A DNA stretch of 64,000 nucleotides, taken from contig OZ219750.1 in assembly GCA_964291315.2 (NCBI GenBank), positions 224,001-288,000 of the forward strand, given 5' to 3'. Below are positions 18,798-28,500 of this stretch, piece by piece; the first letter of the stretch is position 1, and the number at the start of each line of letters is the position of its first letter. This DNA comes from Candidatus Poribacteria bacterium (GTDB lineage Bacteria; Poribacteria; WGA-4E; WGA-3G). The position numbers were made by a program, and so were the translations under genes. A model generated the notes under the pieces. That model was not told the DNA's origin and did no database searches. It saw only the letters and a program-made list of their open reading frames with translations.

Positions 18798-20237
18798 TTA
18801 GGTTCCAACATGGTCAGGTCTTGATGCTAAGGCAAAAGATCGGAAATTCCGCTTATAACCTTCCACTCCATTTTGAAGGTATGTTAACTCTTTTTCACCA
18901 TTGTTGTTTAAGTGCAAACTTTGGAGTCGACCCTTTACGGCGATGGTGTCCATCAGGATACGCATAAGGTGGCAAACTGACCGGATGTCCCGTTTTAGAA
19001 CGGTTAGGGTTGCGTTAGGCACGCCATTCTTGCTGAAATCCAAAGCGGTGCCGTGGTAAGAGGCGGTCTGCATGTCTGTCATAGACATGCCTTCAAACGC
19101 GACTAATTTGTTATCCATGCCAATATCTGTCGGTATCGCTAAGTCCGGATCCAGTTCTTTCCAGTGAATAAATAGGATGACTTTATCTTTTGGCCCGGAG
19201 ATAATACCGTTAAGGATCGAATGGTTGCTAGTCGGGCCCTGGGCAGGTATGACGTTAGCTCCGCTGCTACGTTCCTGAATAGATTCCGTATAAAGCTGTA
19301 CAAACCAATCCCCGAGGCAGCTATTGTCAGCATAATTGTAAAAAATAACAGTGCTTTTTCCATAAACTTCTTCAGTCAGATGAATCCAGCGGGCGAGTTG
19401 ATAGGCAATGTTTTTTTGATGTTTGTAAGAGAGGTTAAAATCTTCATGTCCTTGTGCAACACCATTTAATGCGGACCGGATTCGAGCCTTGGGGGTTTCT
19501 CCTTTTCCGGCCGTCGCAGCGAGAAAGAACAGACCGACCGGCGAGAAAGCCGAGAATCGTCCACCAACGCCCTCCGGAACAGGAAGCAATGTTTTGCCAT
19601 AGAAAGGGGATTGCTCATGCATTCGGAACAGTGCGCTATCGCGGGCCAGCCTTGTAGTAGCAATTACCTGTTGCTGCCAATTTACATCTCCGAGTGCACC
19701 GCGGATAATCATTAGGGTAGCCATGGTCTCGGTGGTTGTGCCGGACTTACTGATGACATTAAAGAGCGTTTTGGAGAGGTGATTTCTCGATTTGAGCATT
19801 TCAAGCAAACCGAGGAGTTTGCGTGGATCAAATGTGTCCCCTGTAAAATATACTTCAGGAGCGCCACCACGTTCTTCAGATGATAGTAAGTTATGGTACG
19901 GATGGTTGAAAAAAGAGTGAAAGACACGCGCGCTCAAGTCAGACCCACCTATGCCGACAATGACAAGTACCGAAAATTCTTCGCGCGCGCGCGTCGCCAT
20001 ATCAGTAACTTGGGCAATATCCTTTTTTTGGAGATGGCTCCGGGTCCATGCGCGAAGTTGGCTTTCCAAGTCAGAGAGTGGGACTGATGCCTCTTCCTGA
20101 AATGAAGCGTGAATATCTTGCAAATCAGTGTCAATTTTCTGCTTTGCTGTTAGTGGAAACGTGCCTGCTGCCGCGTCGTCCACTGAAAAACAAATTTTTC
20201 TATCCAACAAAATATACCCCGAACTAAATTCTTCCAT
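18798..20237 (-). CDS. pgi: Glucose-6-phosphate isomerase
   Basis: VGIGGSDL, ISKSGTT.ET, VGGRFS..S.VG, QLYTES, Q.GVEGYK. Real start ATG 20237 overlaps the cupin gene. Confidence 0.85.
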   Translation of the reverse strand: MEEFSSGYILLDRKICFSVDDAAAGTFPLTAKQKIDTDLQDIHASFQEEASVPLSDLESQLRAWTRSHLQKKDIAQVTDMATRAREEFSVLVIVGIGGSDLSARVFHSFFNHPYHNLLSSEERGGAPEVYFTGDTFDPRKLLGLLEMLKSRNHLSKTLFNVISKSGTTTETMATLMIIRGALGDVNWQQQVIATTRLARDSALFRMHEQSPFYGKTLLPVPEGVGGRFSAFSPVGLFFLAATAGKGETPKARIRSALNGVAQGHEDFNLSYKHQKNIAYQLARWIHLTEEVYGKSTVIFYNYADNSCLGDWFVQLYTESIQERSSGANVIPAQGPTSNHSILNGIISGPKDKVILFIHWKELDPDLAIPTDIGMDNKLVAFEGMSMTDMQTASYHGTALDFSKNGVPNATLTVLKRDIRSVCHLMRILMDTIAVKGRLQSLHLNNNGEKELTYLQNGVEGYKRNFRSFALASRPDHVGT

Positions 20238-20589
20238 ACTTGTCCGAAAGGCGAATGATGTCTCCCTCGTCAAAGTGTCCGAACGCAATTTCAAGAATCC
20301 GGTAATCTTTGGATTCGCCGATGAGTTGATGCTTTGCGCCTTGTGGAATAAAAACAGGCTCCATTGGTTTAGGGCGATGAATCGTTCCATCCAACTTCAT
20401 GCAGGCCCCCTCATCAAGCGGAATCCACAACTCGCTCCGATGGAGATGATATTGGTAACTCACCTGCTCACCCACTCGAATTTCTAAAATTTTGACAGTA
20501 ACCTGCTGGTTGAGCACATACTGTATGAAACCACCCCAAGGTTTTTCAATTGTTAATATCTCCTGAATTTCTTTTGGTGGTAACTGCAT
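20224..20589 (-). CDS. Mannose-6-phosphate isomerase type II C-terminal cupin domain protein
   Basis: EKPWG, SYQYHLHRSELW, IPQGAKH, FDEGDIIRLSDKYGR. Confidence 0.9.
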   Translation of the reverse strand: MQLPPKEIQEILTIEKPWGGFIQYVLNQQVTVKILEIRVGEQVSYQYHLHRSELWIPLDEGACMKLDGTIHRPKPMEPVFIPQGAKHQLIGESKDYRILEIAFGHFDEGDIIRLSDKYGRI

Positions 20590-20797
20590 GATTCCTCCCG
20601 CAAATTACCGGACGCATTTATCGAAAAACTACATTTAACCGACTCATGAGTTAAAAAACGCTTATAAAAATACGATAGATAGTGTATCATATTAACATGT
20701 CACAGGTCAACTAAAAACTATTTTTTCATACCGATAATAATTTGCACTTTCACCGAAAACTAGATCAACTGTGAGGTTAATCTGGAGGACAACCTGA

Positions 20798-21844
20798 TTG
20801 TTAGAAGAATCAATCTCAAAACTTGTTGAAAATAGCATTGCAGAAAAGGTTTTTCCTGGAGCTGTCGTCCATATCTTAACCAATGAAAAGACACTTTATC
20901 ACAAGGCATTTGGCTTCCGATGTGTAAAACCGAAACGACTCCCGATGCTGTGTACGACCTTCTTCGATTTGGCATCGCTTACTAAACCTATTGTTGTTGG
21001 GACGCTCTGCATGCAGTTCGTTGAAAGCGGTAAGCTTTCACTCAACACACCGGCAGAGAAATACTTGCCTGAGTTTAAACACCGGAACGTAACGCTTGCT
21101 CACCTGTTGACGCATACTTCGGGACTTCCTGCATGGCACCCTACCTATCTACGTGCTGCGTCTCATGAAGCAGTAATCCCTTATCTCTCTGAGGTTCCAT
21201 TGGGGTTCGAGCCGGGTGAGAAAGTGGTGTATAGTTGCTTGGGCTACATCGTGCTCGGGAAACTGTTGGAAAGAGTAGCTAGGCAATCATTAGACAAATT
21301 AGCGCAGAGGTGTATCTTCATGCCGCTCGGCATGGAATTAACACGGTTTAACCCGCCGCAAACGTGGCATGAATATTGTGCAGCGACAGAGGATTCCAAC
21401 AGTTTTGAACGCAGGATGGCGAACTACGAACGCTACGACTGGCGAGAAGGGGTGATTGTTGGGAGAGTCCACGATGAGAACGCGCATTTCCTCGGGGGCA
21501 TTTCAGGGAACGCCGGACTCTTTTCCACATCAAGAGACCTCGGGAAATTCTGTAGGATGTTGATGAATAACGGTGGCGATTTGCTCCGTTCGGAAAGTCT
21601 CCGGATTATGCGACAAGTTGCTTCAGCAGACGGGGGGCGTCGATGCATTGGATGGGCCGTAACAGACGATGAGTGTCTCTATCATACCGGCTTCACTGGC
21701 ACATCAATCCGGATATGCACGAAAAGAAAGCTTGCAGCGATTCTGCTGACGAATCGGGTACACCCTGATGCTAATCGACACGGCATTATAGAATTTCGGA
21801 AAATGTTTCACAATCTCATATACACAGACACGTGTGCCAATTAG
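20798..21844 (+). CDS. Beta-lactamase-family serine hydrolase (AmiE/YbbE-like)
   Basis: FDLASLTK (SxxK), LLTHTSG, YSCLGY, VHDENA, GNAGLFS, HTGFTG, LTNRVHP. Confidence 0.9.
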   Translation: MLEESISKLVENSIAEKVFPGAVVHILTNEKTLYHKAFGFRCVKPKRLPMLCTTFFDLASLTKPIVVGTLCMQFVESGKLSLNTPAEKYLPEFKHRNVTLAHLLTHTSGLPAWHPTYLRAASHEAVIPYLSEVPLGFEPGEKVVYSCLGYIVLGKLLERVARQSLDKLAQRCIFMPLGMELTRFNPPQTWHEYCAATEDSNSFERRMANYERYDWREGVIVGRVHDENAHFLGGISGNAGLFSTSRDLGKFCRMLMNNGGDLLRSESLRIMRQVASADGGRRCIGWAVTDDECLYHTGFTGTSIRICTKRKLAAILLTNRVHPDANRHGIIEFRKMFHNLIYTDTCAN

Positions 21845-21847
21845 TGA

Positions 21848-23038
21848 GTGAACCAAATGTCTTCTATGAAAATTGAATTGGGATTGACTGTCTTACTTAC
21901 AGAGAAGCGCGACTGGATTCGCGGTAAATCGATCGGACTTCTTACGAATCATACAGGTGTTGATGCTGCCTTACGGAGCAACTATCGACTTTTCGTAGAA
22001 GCTGCTAATTGCCAACTTGCAGCGATTTTCTCGCCGGAGCACGGGCTCTCGGGGGCAGTGCAAAATGGGATAACTATTAACAACATTAGTAAAAATCTAT
22101 CGCTTATGCCCCACGGAAACGTGCCTGTTTTCAGTCTGTATGGACAATCTATGCGTCTGCCCCCGGAGCAACTTGAAGGTATTGATACTCTTGTCTACGA
22201 CATACAGGATGTCGGGGTACGCTACTATACCTATATTTCAACATTACTTTATGCGATGGAAGCTGCAAGCAACTATGGTGTTGAATTTATTGTCGCTGAC
22301 CGACCTAATCCGATCACCTGCGCGGCTGTAGAGGGAAATGTGTTAGCAAGTGGTTTTGAATCCTTCGTTGGAATACATACGATACCTATCCGCTACGGTC
22401 TTACAGTCGGGGAACTGGCAATACTCTTGAAGTCGGAACGGGTGCCGTCATGTCGGTTAAAGGTCGTATGGATGCGCGGATACAAACGCCGGATGTGGTA
22501 TGATGATACTGGTTTTCACTGGGTACCGCCGTCTCCGAATATACCAACCCTCACAACGGCTGTGCTCTATCCGGGCTTATGCCTATTTGAAGGAACAAAT
22601 ATGAGTGAGGGACGTGGAACGACAAAGCCCTTTGAATATATTGGTGCCCCTTGGTGTGATGGTGAAAGATGGACACAAGTGCTGAATGCCTTGCATTTGC
22701 CCGGGGTCCAATTCCGACCTGTCGTTTTTACTCCGGCACCCATCACCAAGAGCACAAAACACGCCAAACAGACTTGCAACGGTGTTGCGATTCATATTAC
22801 CGACAGAGAGCATTTCCATCCGGTAGAAACCGCCCTCTATATGTTATCTACCCTTACGTTCGAATACAAGGATCGCTTCACCTTCTCAGCTCCGCATTTT
22901 GATAGGTTAGCAGGAAATAGTTGGCTTCGAGACACCTTGCTAAGTGGAAAATATGTGGATGAAATGCAGAAACAGTGGGTTGGCGAACTCCATCACTGGA
23001 CTGATAAGGCAAAACAGTATCACACATATAAAGAATAG
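21848..23038 (+). CDS. namZ: Exo-beta-N-acetylmuramidase NamZ (DUF1343/YbbC)
   Basis: GLLTNHTG, FSPEHG, DIQDVGVRYYTY, DRPNP, PPSPNIPT, SEGRGTT.PFE. Confidence 0.9.
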   Translation: MNQMSSMKIELGLTVLLTEKRDWIRGKSIGLLTNHTGVDAALRSNYRLFVEAANCQLAAIFSPEHGLSGAVQNGITINNISKNLSLMPHGNVPVFSLYGQSMRLPPEQLEGIDTLVYDIQDVGVRYYTYISTLLYAMEAASNYGVEFIVADRPNPITCAAVEGNVLASGFESFVGIHTIPIRYGLTVGELAILLKSERVPSCRLKVVWMRGYKRRMWYDDTGFHWVPPSPNIPTLTTAVLYPGLCLFEGTNMSEGRGTTKPFEYIGAPWCDGERWTQVLNALHLPGVQFRPVVFTPAPITKSTKHAKQTCNGVAIHITDREHFHPVETALYMLSTLTFEYKDRFTFSAPHFDRLAGNSWLRDTLLSGKYVDEMQKQWVGELHHWTDKAKQYHTYKE

Positions 23039-23163
23039 GGATCAGATAGCAGCCAAGTAGAAATTAGTATCAGCCAGAGTGTTTTATATTTCGCATTCCA
23101 CAACAGCTATGCACTAGTGTCTGAAAGGAGCACATAGCAACGTGTACTGAAAACTATAAAAAA

Positions 23164-24363
23164 ATGACAGAGTTCTACAAAATTCTCGAAAAGGATAAAA
23201 AATATATTCTTGGTTTAATGTCTGGGACTTCAGTTGACGGTATTGATGCAGCCATCGTCGAAATTAGCGGACATGGATTAAAAACTGTTGTAAACCTGAT
23301 TGCTTTTGAGATATTTCCGTTCCCGCCTGGGGTGCAGAAACGCATCCTCGCTCTCTGCTATCCCGATACCGGGCGCGTTGACGATATCTGCAGGATGAAC
23401 TTCTACATCGGACATCTCTTTGCAGAGGCTGCTAAACATGTCTTACAAAAAAGCGGAATGTCCGCTAGTGACATCGCTCTTATCGGTTCCCACGGTCAAA
23501 CAATTTATCACCTTCCGAGAGCTAGAAACGCCGACCCTAGTGTTTCTCGTTATCCTTCAACACTTCAGATTGGCGAGCCGGCGGTCATCGCACATGAAAC
23601 GGGGATTCCAACCATTGCTGATTTTCGGGTAGCGGATATGGCAGCAGACGGACAAGGTGCACCGTTAGTTGCATATCCAGATTACTTACTGTTCCGTAAT
23701 AGCGTTAAAACCGTGGGGCTTTTGAACATCGGAGGAATCTCAAATCTCACAGTACTTCCGGCGAACTGTACGCTCGACGCTGTTTCGGCTTCGGATACAG
23801 GCCCCGGGAACATGTGCATCGATGCGGTTGTGAGAGAGATCACGGAAGGAAGGGAATACTATGATATATCAGGTATGCGCGCTGCACAAGGCACCCCATA
23901 TCAACCTCTCATCAACGAGTGGTTAAAGCATTCATTCTTTCAATTGGGTCCACCGAAGACAACGGGACGTGAGGTGTTTGGAAACGCTTTTGCAATGGAA
24001 TGTTTGACAGCGTGCCGCAAACACGGACTCACAGATAATGACTGTATTGCGACACTAACCGAATTGACAGTCCGGACGATCACAGGCTACATCGCACAAT
24101 TTGTAGCAAACCAGAATCAGATAGATACACTCTACGTAAGCGGTGGCGGGGTCCACAACCAAACCATCATGCGGGGACTCAGTGAGATCTTGATGGATAC
24201 ATTGGTTGAACCCGTGGACAATTCTGGTATCTCGTCGTGTGCAAAGGAAGCAATCGCGTTCGCAATTCTGGCAAATGAAGCACTCCATGGAAAAGCTGGA
24301 AATCTTCCTTCCGCTACTGGTGCCTCTGCTCGAAAAATTCTAGGGAAGTTTGTGCATCCATAA
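23164..24363 (+). CDS. anmK: Anhydro-N-acetylmuramic acid kinase
   Basis: GLMSGTSVDGID, GSHGQT, DFR..D....QGAPLV, LNIGGISN, DTGPGN, PKTTGRE, KEAIAFA. Confidence 0.95.
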   Translation: MTEFYKILEKDKKYILGLMSGTSVDGIDAAIVEISGHGLKTVVNLIAFEIFPFPPGVQKRILALCYPDTGRVDDICRMNFYIGHLFAEAAKHVLQKSGMSASDIALIGSHGQTIYHLPRARNADPSVSRYPSTLQIGEPAVIAHETGIPTIADFRVADMAADGQGAPLVAYPDYLLFRNSVKTVGLLNIGGISNLTVLPANCTLDAVSASDTGPGNMCIDAVVREITEGREYYDISGMRAAQGTPYQPLINEWLKHSFFQLGPPKTTGREVFGNAFAMECLTACRKHGLTDNDCIATLTELTVRTITGYIAQFVANQNQIDTLYVSGGGVHNQTIMRGLSEILMDTLVEPVDNSGISSCAKEAIAFAILANEALHGKAGNLPSATGASARKILGKFVHP

Positions 24364-24430
24364 TAGCTTTTGGATACCGGTTGTCGGGGAAAATTTCATT
24401 TTTCTTTCACTGTTAACCGCCGATTGCTAT

Positions 24431-25462
24431 CTAAAACCGAATCCTAAGGGATATCCGATGGCTGCCGCCTAATGCTGGATGGTTCGCAAATGCATAATCT
24501 AGACCTGCCCCTGCCCCTGTGACGAACCGAAGATTCAACCCAGCACCGGTGGTTAATTGATAGATACTCTCAAGGCTGCCATGCAGCTCAGCGAGGCCAA
24601 TCCGTAGGGCAATCAAGTCAAACAGCGTCCATTCAGCCCCGGTGTGCATCTCAACACCGTCTTTAATATAGGTATCTAACGCAAGGATAAATACACTTCG
24701 GAACACGCTGAGCTTATGCGTTGTTGCAATGCTGATTTTGAGATGAGGTGGTATTGTTTCAGTGTAGGATGTCTGATCTGCTGACGGTGGCGGTGTGTTC
24801 CAATAAAGCTTTGTCTGGAAGGCATCGCTTGCTTGCAGACCGAGCGTCAGCTGATGTGGCTTTTCTGGGTTTGTCATTCCAATGAAACCGATGTCCACAC
24901 CGCCACCAACGGCGTTTGTCCTCCGATAGCCGCTCATGTAAAGAAGTTTGAGCGTGCCCCCACCCTGAAAATCTATACCGTAGAAAGATGGCAAACGCCA
25001 GCCCGACCCAAAAAGGAAAGCGTTGTCTGTATTGTTAAAAGTACCTACAACCTCAGGGCGATTTGTCGCTCCGACGGGACGACTAGCAACTGGCAGCCCA
25101 GTAATCGGAATATCATCAACGCCGACGCGCAGCCAACTCACCCCGATCGCTCCTCGGTTTTTGAATGGGTATATACAACTGACAAAATCGTAAGCATCCT
25201 CTCTGTTGAGCGTAGAGTGCATAAAACTGACTTCGCGTAGGGTTAGTCCTCCTAACGCAGCAGAATTCCAGTATGGTGCGTAAGCGTCAGCACTCAAAGC
25301 AGTTCCTGCTCCTCCCATGGCAAGAACACGTCCACCAACCCCAAGAGTCAGGAAATCAGCTGTGTATTTCGCGTCTGCGGTTAAGAGTCCAACACAACAT
25401 GCAATTATAGACGCGATAGAGCAGAAAATATGTTTTTTAGGGTGTTTCATCTTTGTCGCCAT
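24431..25462 (-). CDS. PorV/PorQ-family outer-membrane beta-barrel protein
   Basis: Signal peptide; FL.LGVGGR.LAMGGA..A...DA.A.YWN.A.L N-terminal motif; ends LDYAF..HPALGGSHRISLRIRF with terminal Phe. Confidence 0.8.
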   Translation of the reverse strand: MATKMKHPKKHIFCSIASIIACCVGLLTADAKYTADFLTLGVGGRVLAMGGAGTALSADAYAPYWNSAALGGLTLREVSFMHSTLNREDAYDFVSCIYPFKNRGAIGVSWLRVGVDDIPITGLPVASRPVGATNRPEVVGTFNNTDNAFLFGSGWRLPSFYGIDFQGGGTLKLLYMSGYRRTNAVGGGVDIGFIGMTNPEKPHQLTLGLQASDAFQTKLYWNTPPPSADQTSYTETIPPHLKISIATTHKLSVFRSVFILALDTYIKDGVEMHTGAEWTLFDLIALRIGLAELHGSLESIYQLTTGAGLNLRFVTGAGAGLDYAFANHPALGGSHRISLRIRF

Positions 25463-25557
25463 CGTCTCTCAGTAGAATGGCTCTCAGTTGTAGGCTTTCG
25501 TTCACCAAGATCTTCTTGCGGACTGTTGCCGGTTATTTCGTCGCCCCCTGATAACCA

Positions 25558-28500
25558 TTATCGCAATTTCATCATTTTGAGTATTTCTGTGATGTCTTTT
25601 TCACCGTTTCGCTTGATCTGGAGTTTCGCGTAGTAAACACCATTCGCTACCTCAATACCGTTGGCATCCGTACCATCCCATTCCACCATGAGGAAGCCAG
25701 GGGTGGCTGGCATCGATAACTCGCGGATGAGTCGTCCACCTAGCGTATAAATTTTTACAACTAGAGAATCTGCAGGGGCGGTTAATTCACAAGTGAGCGT
25801 AGTTTTGCGGGGAAACGGATTTGGGTAGTTCAAAAACGATAAGAGTTGTAGCGTGGCGTGAACCCGGAATGTACTGCTCTCTGTGTCAGTATTTCCATGT
25901 ACATCGCTGGCCGTTAGTCGAATTTCATACTCTCGCGGTTCCAGTTCAGGAGATAGATATGTTAAAATAAGCTGATTTGATCCGGGGTGATGGGTCAACT
26001 CATATGCTTCCGGATCGATTGCTTCATAAGAAAAACCATTTCCAAGTTCTAACAAGAGCGGATGGGTGAGATAATCGATTCCACTCGGATCGGTTAGCGT
26101 TGCTCCAATGAGCGGTTCAGCATCTACTGCATCCCCTGGGACAAAATGTTGCTGATTGCCAATTGTCAACTGTATGTCAGGTGCCACAGTATCGTCACTG
26201 TGTAAAAGTGTAACCGTCCCGAGCTGGCCCGTCGTAGCTCTAACGGTACCGACAGACCGGGTTTCAAATCGAAACCGATCGCCAGAGGTAAAGGAACGCT
26301 TTCCTTGTGTGATCTGAAAACGCAAACCGTAAGGCTCATAAAAGAAGGGTTGTTCGACAGTTCCGCGGTGTGGTTCATTTTCATCTTGCGATCGCAGAAC
26401 ACCGGTTTTTTCGCCTTCAACCTGAAACTCCTCGTTGGAAAGAAAAAAGATAACCCATCGATCTTCGGGCATCGTAGTGTCTGTTGGAAGTTGAATGTAA
26501 CTGACTGTTCCGGACCCTCGATTAAGATCCCCGAATCCAGATGCATACCAACGCAGTTCACGCTGTGAAGTGCCCTTGAGCCCCTGATCAGTATCCAGAG
26601 GCTGCTCAAGAGAAGTTATGTTGAAAGTCCAAATATCACCGAAACGGAAAGGCTCTTCGGAATCAGTTTCCATATTAATCGCAAATCCGTATCTAAAATT
26701 AGGATAATCCGTACTGAAACCTATCAATTGCTCACTCGGTGCAATCACTGCTAATTCTTCCAGTACCTGTGTGTTTTCCCTGTATGGTGCGTGAAGTAAT
26801 CGATAGGTTTGAGGGCCTGTAAAAAGTAGAACGTATTTTCCAATCGGGGCGCCATCGGGATGGATGCGGATATTTCGGAGCTTGCCCTGCCCAACGTTTT
26901 CTGCTTCTATATCGGTTACCTGTAACCTTTGCTGTAAGTTTCCTGTTGTATCGGTCAATACTTGAGAGGGGAGCCGGATCCAGTTGCTGAGCGTTGAACT
27001 CCACTGGTAAACACCTATCTCACGGGATCGGGATTCGACTGCGGTCTCAATCGTCGCGGCTGTATCCGAGCCGTCAGTAACCTCCTCTGCACTTCCTAAT
27101 AATTCTTTAGCAAGCTGCGTGCCAAGTGCCCCAAGATCGAAACTGAAGTCAATTGCCATTGGAGAAGTTAACTGGATCGAACCTTGGGCATTACGATCAA
27201 CAATATCATCATATGTCTGAGTGCCCTCTCCTGTACCTGTATCAATGAGGAGCTCGTAGCCGTAGGTGTTACCGGGGAGTGGGACACGCTTGGTGGAGGT
27301 GTTGTCGGAAACCGTCCTGCCGTCTGGCTGCATCTCACCCATAACAGTAAACATGTTGTTCCCCGTTGGTAGCTGGTAGCTGGTAGCTGAGAGCGTAGCA
27401 ACCTGAAGCACAGTTCGGTTTTGAAGTACGCCAGGCGGCACGGTAACAACACAGTTTCCATCCAAACTGGTAATCTGATTTGAGAAGTCCGTTCCTATCA
27501 CCCCCATATCAACGGAGATTCGTCGATAGGCAATATTATCATCCTCTTCGTTTTCAAGGACTTTGCCTGGTTGATCCGATTCACTGAAGTTTGGATCTAC
27601 ATAGACAAATATGTCGTGGATGCCGAGAGGCAGCCCGCTAAGATACTCCGAATGTCTATCCACAAATGGTAAATTCGTCGTTAGTGGGAGTGTGGCCGTC
27701 GCAATTGGCAGCGTATTCAACGGATCAGATTCGTAGACCTCTCTCTCCGCAGATTCACTTTCGGAATTTGCCAATGGAGTGCGTTGTACCCAATCTTCAG
27801 GTTGAATTTGAGCTATTCCAAGAAAATTAGCATCGTTATTGGCGATTGTATCGCCGTCAACATCCGGATTTCCATAAAAAAAAGCAACTTCAACAGGTAT
27901 TTGTATTTCTTCTCCTTCCGTCTGTACGTCTGCAGAGAGATACCAGTGTTGCGCTTCGGTGTTGTAGCCATATCTAATAGCATCAACTCTGTCTACTTGT
28001 ACAACGGAGAGATTGGGATATGCATACGGATAGTAGCGTAACGCCTGACTCTTAACCGTATTACCATCTATGTCCGTGACTTGAATGTCATATCGGATGA
28101 CAGAACCATCTGTTGGGGCATCAAAAGGCTCAGGCACTGTCCACCATCCCTCTGCTGCTAAAGGTGGTGGTGCTTGGATGAGATTCACATTTTCCCACTG
28201 TCGGAGTGTGGGGTTCCGCCAATTCAAGAGTGCTGAGGCTACTTGTTCTTTTTCATCGGAAACCTGAACAGAGATACGAAATTTGTTTTTGTCGACTAAT
28301 TCTGTCCGAATATCAAGTATCTTTGGAATGTTGACTGTGAAGCTATCACCACCAACAGCGACTGTTGTGGGACTCTGTGCATAGTACTCAACATGGGCGT
28401 CGCCGCTAGCAATGTTTTGTGGGACAGCAAAGGTTACCTCCGGGTAGGTGCCGTTGCTGATGTTAAGCGTTTTAGTTAAAATTACATCACCCGTATAGTA

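Noticed and set aside
20238-20390. N-terminal extension of PGI
   Set aside because: Lies within the cupin gene; ATG 20237 is the plausible coupled start.
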